Shown here in pieces: positions 28,200-38,219 of a DNA stretch of 64,000 bases (the first letter of the stretch is position 1; each line of letters begins with the position of its first letter). The position numbers and the translations under genes were made by a program. The notes beneath the pieces are model-generated. The model was not told the origin of the DNA and did not search any database. It saw only the letters and a list, made by a program, of their open reading frames with translations. This DNA comes from Chrysomallon squamiferum (lineage: Eukaryota > Animalia > Mollusca), in contig CM022669.1 of NCBI GenBank assembly GCA_012295275.1, positions 2,914,001-2,978,000 on the forward strand. Direction: 5' to 3'.

Positions 28200-28490
28200 C
28201 GTAAAGAATCATCTCTTCTTCGTCACTTCCTAGAGAGTTACTTCCTTCACAGACGTATTTCCCATAATCCTCTTTTTTGAGATGGTTTATTCTAAGACTG
28301 AGCGTTACCAGTCTGTTCTCGATGTCAGTGTAAGCTTCAACTGTAAACCTTCCGCTTGTTGAAATCGGGACCCCGTTTCTTTTCCACACAGTAATCAACT
28401 GAGGGTGTGCGTATATTTTACATTCCAAAATAGTCTCCCGGTTTAACCTCTGACCGATTCGACGAGTAGGTATTATAACTTCTGGTGCAA
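28200..28490 (-). CDS. Lachesin/DIP-like Ig gene, exon 6 (Ig3: FAPEVIIPTRRIGQRLNRETILECKIYAHP...EDYGKYVCEGSNSLGSDEEEMILY)
   Basis: Acceptor ttttctgcag|, donor G|gtaaga, 291 nt (phase 1 to 1). Contains L-E-C-x-x-x-A-x-P, the conserved Trp, and D-Y-G-x-Y-x-C-x-x-x-N-x-L-G. Confidence 0.96.
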
Positions 28491-28951
28491 CTGCAGAAAA
28501 ATAATATACTGATGCTTATCATTATGTAGATAAATACATATTATGTCGATAAATTAGAACAAAGGTATCTTTGTTTCAACAATGTGTATGTGTGTTTTAT
28601 GTTTATGTGTGTGAATATGTGTATGTTTGTGTATGCATGTGTGTGCGTGCACGTGCATGTTTGAGAGTGTGCATGTTCGAGAAAGGCAAATTATTAACTG
28701 ACTATATTAATAAGAAGAATAAAAACTAAAATGACTAACCAGAGCATTAATTGGGGGAAAATATTCCGACCAGCACATTAGATTAAACATTCCAATCCAG
28801 ACGCACACGCATGCACACACAAATAGCCTCGTGAACACACACATGCACATACATGGATTTACTGCAATTTACTGAACCGGTTTTCAGACTAAGCTTGTTG
28901 TGTAACTGCGCCTCCTAACACACACAGTGAAATCGTTTCGGTTTAACTCAC

Positions 28952-29080
28952 ATTCGACGATGACGCGAATAGCTTTGCTCACAGAAGGAGAGACGCCGTT
29001 GTTGACGAAACATTCGTAAATGTCGTCACAGTAGCGCGACACGTTGTGTATGACTAACAACTCTCCCTCCAGTCCGATTC
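28952..29080 (-). CDS. Lachesin/DIP-like Ig gene, exon 5 (C-terminal half of Ig2: RIGLEGELLVIHNVSRYCDDIYECFVNNGVSPSVSKAIRVIVE)
   Basis: Acceptor catttcag|, donor T|gtgagt, 129 nt (phase 1 to 1). Has the GE-x-L-x-I-x-NV-x-R...Y-x-C-x-x-x-NGV-x-P-x-VS lachesin-type motif. Confidence 0.95.
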
Positions 29081-29129
29081 CTGAAATGTTCATAATAGCT
29101 TGTAAAACGTATATAAATAATTTAAAAAT

Positions 29130-29194
29130 AGATAGGTAGATATATATATATAGAAAGTTAAGTATGTAGACAGATATATATTTATATGGATAGC

Positions 29195-29229
<35 letters not shown>

Positions 29230-29450
29230 CTAGATAGATAGACAGACAGGTAGGTACATATATACATATATATGCAGATAGGTAGATAAATGGATATAAA
29301 GAGGTATACAGATAGATATATAGATAGACAGACAGATAGATAGATAGATAGATAGATAGACACATAGACAGATAAAAAGATGATATGCAGATTAGTGGAA
29401 AAGCAAGTAAATAGATAGCTAGATAGATACTTAGAGAGATAAACTAGATA
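29130..29450. repeat. (GATA)n-rich intronic repeat
   Basis: Direct reading. Confidence 0.93.
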
Positions 29451-29578
29451 GATAACAAAAACATTTCTTTATAAATGTGTGTATGTATGAAATATACATA
29501 TATTCAGTATATATGCATCTAAAATACTTTATGTCAGTGTACTAGTAATAAACAGGTCTCAGTCTGCGGGTTTCTTAC

Positions 29579-29731
29579 TTTCTTTGTGTCCCGAGCCTTG
29601 TCGGTAGTTACGTTTGTACCACGTGACGTTGGGCTGGGGGACGCCAGACACGTTGCAGACCAAGTCCGCCGTCTCAGTCTCCTTCAGTTTGATGTCGTCG
29701 GACGACATCTCGCTGTTGATGCTGGGTGGAA
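29579..29731 (-). CDS. Lachesin/DIP-like Ig gene, exon 4 (N-terminal half of Ig2: VPPSINSEMSSDDIKLKETETADLVCNVSGVPQPNVTWYKRNYRQGSGHKE)
   Basis: Acceptor cttgtgcag|, donor A|gtaaga, 153 nt (phase 1 to 1). Has the VPP linker and the L-x-C-x-x-x-G-x-P-x-P-x-V-x-W motif. Third codon positions are GC-rich. Confidence 0.95.
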
Positions 29732-30742
29732 CTGCACAAGTAGAAACATTTACTTCTCACTTTGTTCTAGTAGATGTATAATAAAACTGTATTCGTAATA
29801 ATGGATGTCAATATTTTATGTATATTTGTACTATTTTGCATACGTCAGACTAATTTCATTATCAAAATGTCGACGAACAAAGCTATAAAAATATGTCTTT
29901 TTTAATGCTGAACATAAAAATACAGCCATTTGGAAATTGAAATACGCAGACCAAAATAATTTATGTTTTCTCATTACATTAAAAAAATTATTTGTATAAT
30001 TTTATATTAATTTGAACTGGGCAGTTGTAATCACTGATATGACTCAGAGATTTTATGTATTTTTGTCTGAGACCAGCACAAAGGACGTAGGGAGCAGATA
30101 TGGGAGACTAATTCATGAATATTTTATTACAATCAATGTTTAAACCTGTCAAGACTGCTGGGTTTTTTTCTGCTGACAATTTCATTAATAAATAATTAAT
30201 TCATTATTTCACTAACACCTTTGACTTTATATCCCCATAAGAATTCTATCTAAAAAGATAATTCATTATTTTAGAGCTTTGTATCAATTCCCACAATATT
30301 ATAGTTCTTTTCATTTGTTTCATATGCAGGACAGCACACACCTGCTGAATTCAACAAGATTATGTTAAGCATTAGTAAAACCTGAATTCCAATATCGTGG
30401 CAAGGTGAGATAACAAATATAATTATTAAATTGGTAGTTAGATCTATTGGCATCACATGCAGGTACGGAAAACATATCTGACCTGATTTGGAAAAGCTAT
30501 AAAATCTTATTTTCTTTCTTACTAGTCCCTAAAACATTAAATCATCTTGTTCAGATACTTAAGGTTCGTGGATCAAGAGTCCAAAACGTGAAGAGTCATA
30601 CTTGAAGTTTCAGCAGTGGTGAAACCGTTTACTGGTAAATCTGGTATGAAATTTTTTAATTATATAACAACACTTTCTCTTTTCTAAAAATAATTTCCTA
30701 ACAGCCTAAACACACTACTATCTAAAAACGACAGCATCACAT

Positions 30743-30925
30743 TCTAGAACAGACAACTTCAATGACTAGACCAGACAACTTCAGTGTCTAGACCAGACAA
30801 CTTCAGCGACTAGAACGGACAACGCCACTGTCTAGAACGGGCAACACCAGTAACTAGAATATACTACCACTGTGTAGAACAGACAAAGCCAGTAAGTAGA
30901 ACTAACAACACCACTGTCCAAAACA
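30743..30925. repeat. Minisatellite, 22-bp unit (ctagaccagacaacttcagtgt), about 8 copies
   Basis: ctaga recurs at 30744, 30766, 30788, 30810, 30832 and 30854, then decays. Confidence 0.9.
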
Positions 30926-31613
30926 AAAAGCGAAGACTTGTGACAAAGCGTCAAATTGCCTCAGAAAAACGTAGATGTGGCAACTTGACTAAACAATCAT
31001 TTGACGTTTATAAACAGCACGTGACACGTTGTCACTAAATCAATATGTGACGCTGGAAAATAACTGGTCCTGAAAACTTTTTCAGCTGTGTATTTTATGT
31101 GACTACCTCAAAATTTCATACAGGTTAAGCTTTTACGAGAAAATTAAAAATAGAATCCAGGATTAAAGACTTGAAATAATAATTTATCGGAGACTCATCC
31201 TTCAGGGATCATTTGCGATATTTGTTAAAACAATTTTATATGATAGAAAATATTGGACTTACTCCTCCCTCTTTGAAAAATAATGAAAGTGAGGTCTCAT
31301 GATTACTCACAAATAGATTATAAATAATATTCAAAATTTTAATTGACTTAAAATATGTTTAAATTTATTTATAACTGATAATTCTCAGCTGTCGAGAGTT
31401 ACGAATTCATCAGCAGAGTGACTGAAAGATAAAGGGGCCTTGTTGCAGCTTTATTTTAACATTAAACTTAGCACATTTATTCTCCTTTCTTTATTTATAT
31501 GTACTAGAAACAGTAACAAAATAATGTATAATAAAACAATATAAAAACCGATAAAAACAAACACAACTTATAACAACATTAACTTGATCAGAACATTCAG
31601 ATTACAGAATTAC

Positions 31614-31818
31614 CTAAAACCGACAGAGTGACTTCTTTCACTTGTACCGGATTTGTGTTAATCTGACACTTGTATGTGCCGCTGTCGTTGTAGCGGACGT
31701 TGCGGATGTGCAGGTTCCACTCCTTGACGTACGGCCTCTCGACGCTGATTCGCTGATCGTCGATGTCTCGTCTGTCCTCGTGACTGATTAACGTGGTTCT
31801 CGGGCTCACCCAGATCAC
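31614..31818 (-). CDS. Lachesin/DIP-like Ig gene, exon 3 (C-terminal half of Ig1: VIWVSPRTTLISHEDRR...EWNLHIRNVRYNDSGTYKCQINTNPVQVKEVTLSVL)
   Basis: Acceptor gaacag|, donor G|gtaatt, 205 nt (phase 0 to 1). Contains the conserved Trp, W-x-L-x-I, and D-S-G-x-Y-x-C-Q-I-N-T motifs. Confidence 0.95.
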
Positions 31819-31927
31819 CTGTTCAAAACAGTCAAGTCTTCACAATACAACAATACAGCAAGCTAACGAAACAAATCAGATTTTTGAAATTTAACACGGA
31901 ATAAAGTCTGAGATTTTTGACTGAAAT

Positions 31928-32027
31928 TCGGGCTCACCCAAATAGTCAAGTCTTCACAATACAACAATACAGCAAGCTAACGAGACAAATCAGATTTTTG
32001 AAATTGAACACGGAATAAAGTCTGAGA
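31928..32027. repeat. Local tandem duplication of the exon 3 / intron 2 boundary (31800-31913), with the acceptor deleted
   Basis: tcgggctcaccca...agtcaagtcttcacaatacaacaatacagcaagctaacga...ggaataaagtctgaga is repeated with few substitutions. Confidence 0.9.
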
Positions 32028-32039
32028 CACTGATATAAC

Positions 32040-32096
32040 GTCTAGTCTGTCCTCGTGACTGATTAACGTGGTTCTCGGACTCACCCAGATTACCTG
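32040..32096 (-). pseudogene. Partial duplicate of the 5' end of exon 3, including its CAG acceptor (pseudo-exon)
   Basis: Matches about 31765-31821. The minus strand reads cag|gta atc tgg gtg agt ccg aga acc acg tta atc agt cac gag gac aga (VIWVSPRTTLISHEDR). Confidence 0.85.
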
Positions 32097-32246
32097 TCAG
32101 CAAGTTAAAAAGATTAAACCAAAATCTCATAGTTATGTATCCCACTTACCGAGCTGAATGTACCACTGGTGTCAGTTACACAACAACACACTACAGCAAC
32201 AACAGCGACAAAACACTAACACAGTAGTATTAATAATAATAATAAC

Positions 32247-32315
<69 letters not shown>

Positions 32316-32696
32316 CATATAAAGCAGAAGAAGAAGAATGTGGAGAAGAAACACGTGGTGAAGATGAAAATGAATATTAAAAATATTATTCACAAGAAAA
32401 AGACAAGAATAATAAAAACAATAACAAAATAATTTCTCACTTATGTTAGTTAATTTAACAGCAAAACACGACTCTACACCAAACTCTACATAAAAAAATA
32501 ACACAAAGTCAGCAATGATATTCATCTCTGGACAGTGATTACAACAGACAAGGAGTCAGTTTTCATGCAACCACTGTCAGAAGATGTCGTGTACCAGATG
32601 TTTATTTAAATTATTAATTCTCCTGCTTGTCCTTACACTGCCACACGTTCTCTGTGTAAACTCCGCCAGATGGCGACATCAATAAAAAAAACTTAC

Positions 32697-32806
32697 CGAG
32701 TAGTCGCCAAGATACTCTACAGAGCACGGCAGAATGGCTTTGTTCCCAGCTTTCACTGTCACGTGCTCGGGAGTCGTGTTAAACTTTGGAGCAAGTTCGG
32801 CAAATG
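32697..32806 (-). CDS. Lachesin/DIP-like Ig gene, exon 2 (N-terminal half of Ig1: AFAELAPKFNTTPEHVTVKAGNKAILPCSVEYLGDYS)
   Basis: Acceptor ttttcattccag, donor |gtaagt, 110 nt (phase 1 to 0). Shows the P-x-F...V-T-V-x-x-G-x-x-A-x-L-P-C-x-V-x-x-L-G pattern typical of lachesin/DIP/Dpr Ig1. Not in the ORF track. Confidence 0.93.
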
Positions 32807-33112
32807 CTGGAATGAAAAATTATTAAAATGTTAGAAAATAATAAATATTCTCATCGTCACGATATATCTTTCAGTATCAACCTACGTTCACTCTGTTCAT
32901 CAGTCTACTGATTCTTCTGTCAAACTGTCCATCACTCCATCCGTCCTTTCTTTTATTTATTAAATTCACTTACCAGTTTATTAATCCAAACATTTATCCT
33001 TCCATCTGTACATGTTTCCTTTTATTCGTCTGTCTGTTTATTTAGTTATCCATACATCCATACATTCATCCATTCATTCACCCATACGTCTGTCTGTTTA
33101 TTTGCTTCTATA

Positions 33113-33143
<31 letters not shown>

Positions 33144-33789
33144 TTATCTCGCTTGCACTATTTTCCATTGAAATCTAGTCCACAAAGCTGTTTATCGTAT
33201 CTATATATCTCTACATTATTTTTAGTCACTGTCTGTCTGTTTGTCAGCTCTCTATGTCAGTGGCCATTAATTTTTTAAACAGTATTTTTAAAATTTGAAC
33301 AGATTATTTTCGTTTCACCACAGTTACTATTCAGATTCTTATTTATACTTTCAAATCATCGGAATAAAATTATAAATAATAACATAACGAAATCGGTCAC
33401 TGAGAAAGCGATGACGTCTCCAGGCTTCCAAAGTAGGTGATGTATGTAGGCACAGACGTAATTTGTCAGTGATCAAATTAATGTCAAAAGAAACGAAATG
33501 ACAAGTGTATTAATGCTGAAATAATGTGAAGGCGCGTCACGTTCAAACTCTGGAAATAACGCCACGGCATTTGATATTTACCTTGTACTAACATCTAACT
33601 GGATTAATTCTCGATTAAGCCCCATTTTGCAGTGTCTTTATCTAATTTAGTATTTCATATTCTGAATGACAGATACTCTGTTCTCTATGTCATCTCTCTG
33701 AAGGATTGAAAAGCAGACACAATATAAAAGTTTTTAAGACAGGCGAAATGTAAGTGGCACAAGAATATAATCACTTTATAGCTGTATGT

Positions 33790-33861
33790 GCATGTGTGTG
33801 TGTGTGGTGTGTGTGTCTCTGTGTGTGTGTATGTGTGTGTGTGTGTGTGTGGTGTGTGTGT

Positions 33862-33940
<79 letters not shown>
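33790..33940. repeat. (TG)n + (TA)n compound microsatellite
   Basis: Direct reading. Confidence 0.96.
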
Positions 33941-33943
<3 letters not shown>

Positions 33944-34039
33944 TGTCGAATTATTTTTATTAATTATGAATGATAAATATTTTTATTATTGTTGTAGCTG
34001 CAACATCTATTAGGTGTTAACCAATGTCCAACAAAAGCA

Positions 34040-34590
34040 TACCACTTATAGTCCATAATCAGTATAATGTGTAATTGTTCATGATCACCAACATCATTTT
34101 ATTCATAGTCCATAATCAACAGAACTGGATTAAGTATAGACCTATCAACAGAGCTATATTATTTTGTAGTCCATAATCAACAGTTATATTTTATTTCGTC
34201 CATTATGAAAGGAAATATGTTATTTGTAAGCCAAAATCAACATAATTATATTATTTATAATCTGTTATCGGTGAATTATTATTTATAGGATATAATCAAG
34301 AAAAATAAATTATTTATAGTTCTTTATCGACAAAACTTTATTATTTATAGTCTACAATCAACTGAACTTTATTATTTATAGCCCATTATCAATAAAACTA
34401 TGTTATTTATAGGTCCGTTATCAACAGAGCCACGCTATTCATAAATCATAATCAACAAAATTATATTTATAGTCAGCAATCAAGAAAACGTTATTATTTA
34501 TGGCCCATTATCAAAAGAACAATAATATTATTATTTATTGTCCAATTTCAACAAAAGGATATTAATTAGAGTCCATTCTCAATACAACTA
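34040..34590. repeat. Old degenerate minisatellite, ~31-bp unit (ttatttatagtccataatcaacagaactata), roughly 17-18 copies
   Basis: ttatttatag recurs at 34310, 34341, 34372 and 34403, with diverged copies on either side. Confidence 0.85.
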
Positions 34591-35371
34591 TATAATTAAT
34601 AATCTATCATCAGTTCATATATATATATATATATATATATATTCATTATCAAGCTATTATCTGAAGTCTAAGACGAGCTCAAGTTACGCTTATAAAAAAC
34701 AAAAAGAGTTATTTACCATGAATATTTCCTTTATGGTATCAACCTTGTTATAAAATGCATAATATAAATATACTACCATTGACGTTCGACATAAATTTTG
34801 TTTGTATATTACATTAAAACAAAGTATCAATAATAATAAAAAATATATTAGATTCAGAAAGCAGTAATGTTAGGCAGAGATGTTTTCATAGCATTAATAA
34901 AGCATTACTTGTTACGAACAAGAATAACTTGATTTAAATGTGTCAATAAAAACCAAAAAACCTGCAAAACAAAGCAAGAAAAAAATCCTACCCTAAATCA
35001 CAAGGAAATAAGGAGATAAATTTACTGAAAATTAGGAGTTGTGAGGAAAAAAAACGATTCATTGTGCAATGAAATACAGAATTTCTTTAAAAAGAAAGCA
35101 AAAAAAGTCTAATGAAAAAAGAAAAAGAAAACCACAAAATAAAACTAAAAAACCATTATGATTTGTCTAAATTTTTGTACTCAGTAATTCATATAATTTA
35201 AGTAGCAAAACCAGGAAGCAAGAATAAAATATATCTCTGTCTGTTTCGTTTTTTTTTTATAAACTTATAAAATTATAATCAGATAAAAACATAAAGAAAA
35301 AATAAATATAAAATAAAAAATAAAAATGAAAATAAGTAAAACATTTTAAAAAGAAAATGAAAAAATTCAGC

Positions 35372-35374
<3 letters not shown>

Positions 35375-35449
<75 letters not shown>
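35375..35449. repeat. (CT)n microsatellite
   Basis: Direct reading; abuts duplication copy 2. Confidence 0.97.
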
Positions 35450-35453
<4 letters not shown>

Positions 35454-35699
35454 GAGAATTCATATAATTATATATATATATCTGCCTCTTCTTCTGAATA
35501 AACCACATATAATAAAAAACTAAGAAATTGAATAAATAAACAAATAATTAATTAAATTAAAATTAAATTAAATAGTTAGATAGATAAATAAATAAATAAA
35601 TACATTTTTAAAAAATCTACACAGGCTCGACAACCTAATAATAAAGAAATAATCGGTTTTGACAAGAGCAGTTACCTAGGTCACAACCCTGTCTGTCAA
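35450..35699 (+). repeat. Dispersed exact duplication, copy 2 (matches 1108-1357), in intron 1 of the Ig gene
   Basis: Same sequence, atcagagaattc...caaccctgtctgtcaa, following a (CT)n tract. Confidence 0.95.
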
Positions 35700-36054
35700 T
35701 ATTTGACTTGACAATCCACTTCTGTGTCCATTACAAACGTTCTTATTTCAGTTTTCATTAAATAAATCCTCTCTATTTATTTCAAATAGGCAAACACAGA
35801 TTTATGGTGCAGTCTTGGGATTGCTTTAATGGATGACTCATATTATGAACATCTGTTGTTTGGCGGCTAAATGTAAAATATTTAAACAATCGTTTAATGT
35901 AAAATGTATATATATAGGGAAAAACCAGATAAATAACGTGATTGAATGAATGAATAATAAAATAAAATAACTTTAAATTAAAAACTAAGAAAATGGACAT
36001 ATAATCATATATGTATGTATGTGTGTATGTGTTTGTGTGTGTGTATGTATGTAT

Positions 36055-36126
36055 GTATGTATGTGTGTGTATTTATGTATGTATGAAAATGTATATATAC
36101 GTATGTGTGTGTGTGTGTATATATAT

Positions 36127-36169
<43 letters not shown>

Positions 36170-36200
36170 CATACATACATAAATACACACACATACATAC
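36055..36200. repeat. Fold-back inverted repeat: 36-bp perfect arms around a (TG)n-(TA)n-(CA)n core
   Basis: 36055-36090 is the exact reverse complement of 36165-36200. Confidence 0.9.
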
Positions 36201-36505
36201 AGACATGTGCATATAAAGTATATATTATGGTCATACATACATAGATACATACCAAACCCTACTTATCTATTAACTAAAGAGACAAGATAGGTTAGAAAGA
36301 AGTGAGTAACTAGTGGGAGGGTTTGATGTTACACATATCTTATAGGACCGGAGCACTTGTACAACACCAAAAACCATCTTTGATTTTACGTCAGAAAAAA
36401 GTGTTGCGATCTATTTAATCAAATTACTGCCCAATTCTTCCTCCCAAACCAGCACGAGACTGCAGCGCGTGGCGGTTAGATCCCTCCTCAGATTCACTCA
36501 ATCGA

Positions 36506-36645
36506 TTTGAAATAACACAGCGAAAGCTACACAGGGCTAACCGTTATGACGGCCACCTCTTCTATTAATGGCTGCCAACATCCTAACCTTCAAATATTGC
36601 AATATCTTGTCTAATTTAGATTGATCGCTTGCGCTACACGGGCAC
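36506..36645 (-). mobile_element. Possible tRNA-derived SINE relic (Nin/Deu-domain-like 3' motif)
   Basis: The minus strand starts gcccgtgtagcgcaagcga (tRNA/A-box-like) and ends tagccctgtgtagctttcgc...ttcaaa, similar to the recalled Nin-type motif AGCCCTCGTGTAGCTTTGCGCGAAATTC. No clear B-box. Confidence 0.4.
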
Positions 36646-37614
36646 GCTTTAAACTACACTAAACCATAGCGCAAGATCAACCGAACGAATCCATATCTGT
36701 AAGTGGCAAAATAAATTAAATCTCATTCAGTGTGACAAACTATGCACCAGTGACTGCGAGTCGAGCTTTGCTGAAACCAAAGTCGATGTTACTGTGGGCA
36801 AGAGCCCAGTTATCGAGTTAAAACGTCTCTTATATCTGGTGATGAATGCTTGAAAAAAAGCAGTTTTTCACTTGAGACGTGCTAGTTGAAACGGCAAACT
36901 TTTTTGACGCATCAGGCGTCCAGGTTACGGTGAAATCGTGAGATGAAACAGAATGTTTGATTTCTTTTCTTACCTTTCTCTTTTTTTCCTGCTTGACGTC
37001 GCGAATGTATGATGTCGCACGTGGATGCTAGTTTATCACAATATTTTTGGGATGGATTAAATATGCTATCAGATTTTTAAAGAGGCACCATAGATTGCAG
37101 AATGCAAATCACAATAGTCACTGTATCTTTAACAGAAAAATATATGTACATGTTTAGTAGAGTTTGGAAAAGGAAAACAAAATAGAAAAAAGTTTTATTT
37201 ATTCTCTTTCTTTCGTTCTCTCATTCTGTTACTTTTGTACAAAATAATCAAATCAAATAAAACAAGAAACAGAAACAATGATCACATTTGTTAGGTGTTC
37301 ATTTCATAGGTAAAGTGAATTTCGATTGGTCTATTAAACCTTTAATAACACAGAAAAATAATATCCGATAGTTAGATATAAAAAAATAAAACTTAAAATA
37401 AACAAAAATAAAATAAACTAAAATAAAATAAACTATAATTTAAAAAATTCAATTAAAAAAGGAACAAAAAGAAAAAAAAAATCAGATTTGTTATACATGT
37501 TAAACTTCACAGATAAAATAATTTTCAAATGGCCTTATCAAACCAGTAATAATCGTAAGATGCAAAAATGAAAAAGTAAAAGAAAAAGATGTGCAAACAC
37601 TGGAACTAACAGAA

Positions 37615-37758
37615 AGGGGCGGAACCGAATCGCCCACTCACCCACGACGTTTTACCAAGCCGATATTGTAGTTCATTTATAACAACATTTATTTTATCTT
37701 TAAAATTAAATCCACTCAGTGATAACGCCCATTTCTGAAATCCATGTATCCGCCCTGA
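37615..37758. mobile_element. Short non-autonomous DNA element relic with GC-rich inverted termini
   Basis: Left end aggggcggaaccgaat and right end aaatccatgtatccgccctg form an imperfect inverted pair around an AT-rich core. Confidence 0.45.
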
Positions 37759-38170
37759 TTATTTCAAAAAAATATATATAAAAAACAGGTCGATAATCGA
37801 ATATAAAAAATAATTTGAAAAAACAAGATCAACGTAAACTGATTTCCAACTGCATTTGTTTTTGTCTAAACTTAGAAGCTAATTCTTGTCGATAACATGA
37901 CGCAGATGTTGGCTTTTTTCTTTTCTTTTCTTTCTTTGTTGATTTCTTCAAATCTTTTTATTTATAAAATTTAATTTTTAGTTCTATAAAGTGCTTGTTT
38001 AAAGATAATGTTGTTAAAAGTCACAAATTTTGACTGTCACTTCAACGTAATTTGTATTAATTTTTATATAAATTATAAATTTTCTGATAAACTATTCCGT
38101 AAGACTATATTAAAAATATATAGAAAACTAAATATATATTTTCCACTTCTTTTTTTTTCTATTTTGTTTG

Positions 38171-38219
<49 letters not shown>

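Noticed and set aside
28884-29363. 159-aa ORF treated as a single-exon protein
   Set aside because: Only 28952-29080 is exonic; the rest is (GATA)n intron read-through.
29586-29798. Plus-strand 70-aa ORF
   Set aside because: Antisense shadow of exon 4 of the Ig gene.
34040-34590. CRISPR-like repeat-spacer array
   Set aside because: Eukaryotic intron, degenerate repeats, homologous rather than unique spacers, and no cas genes.
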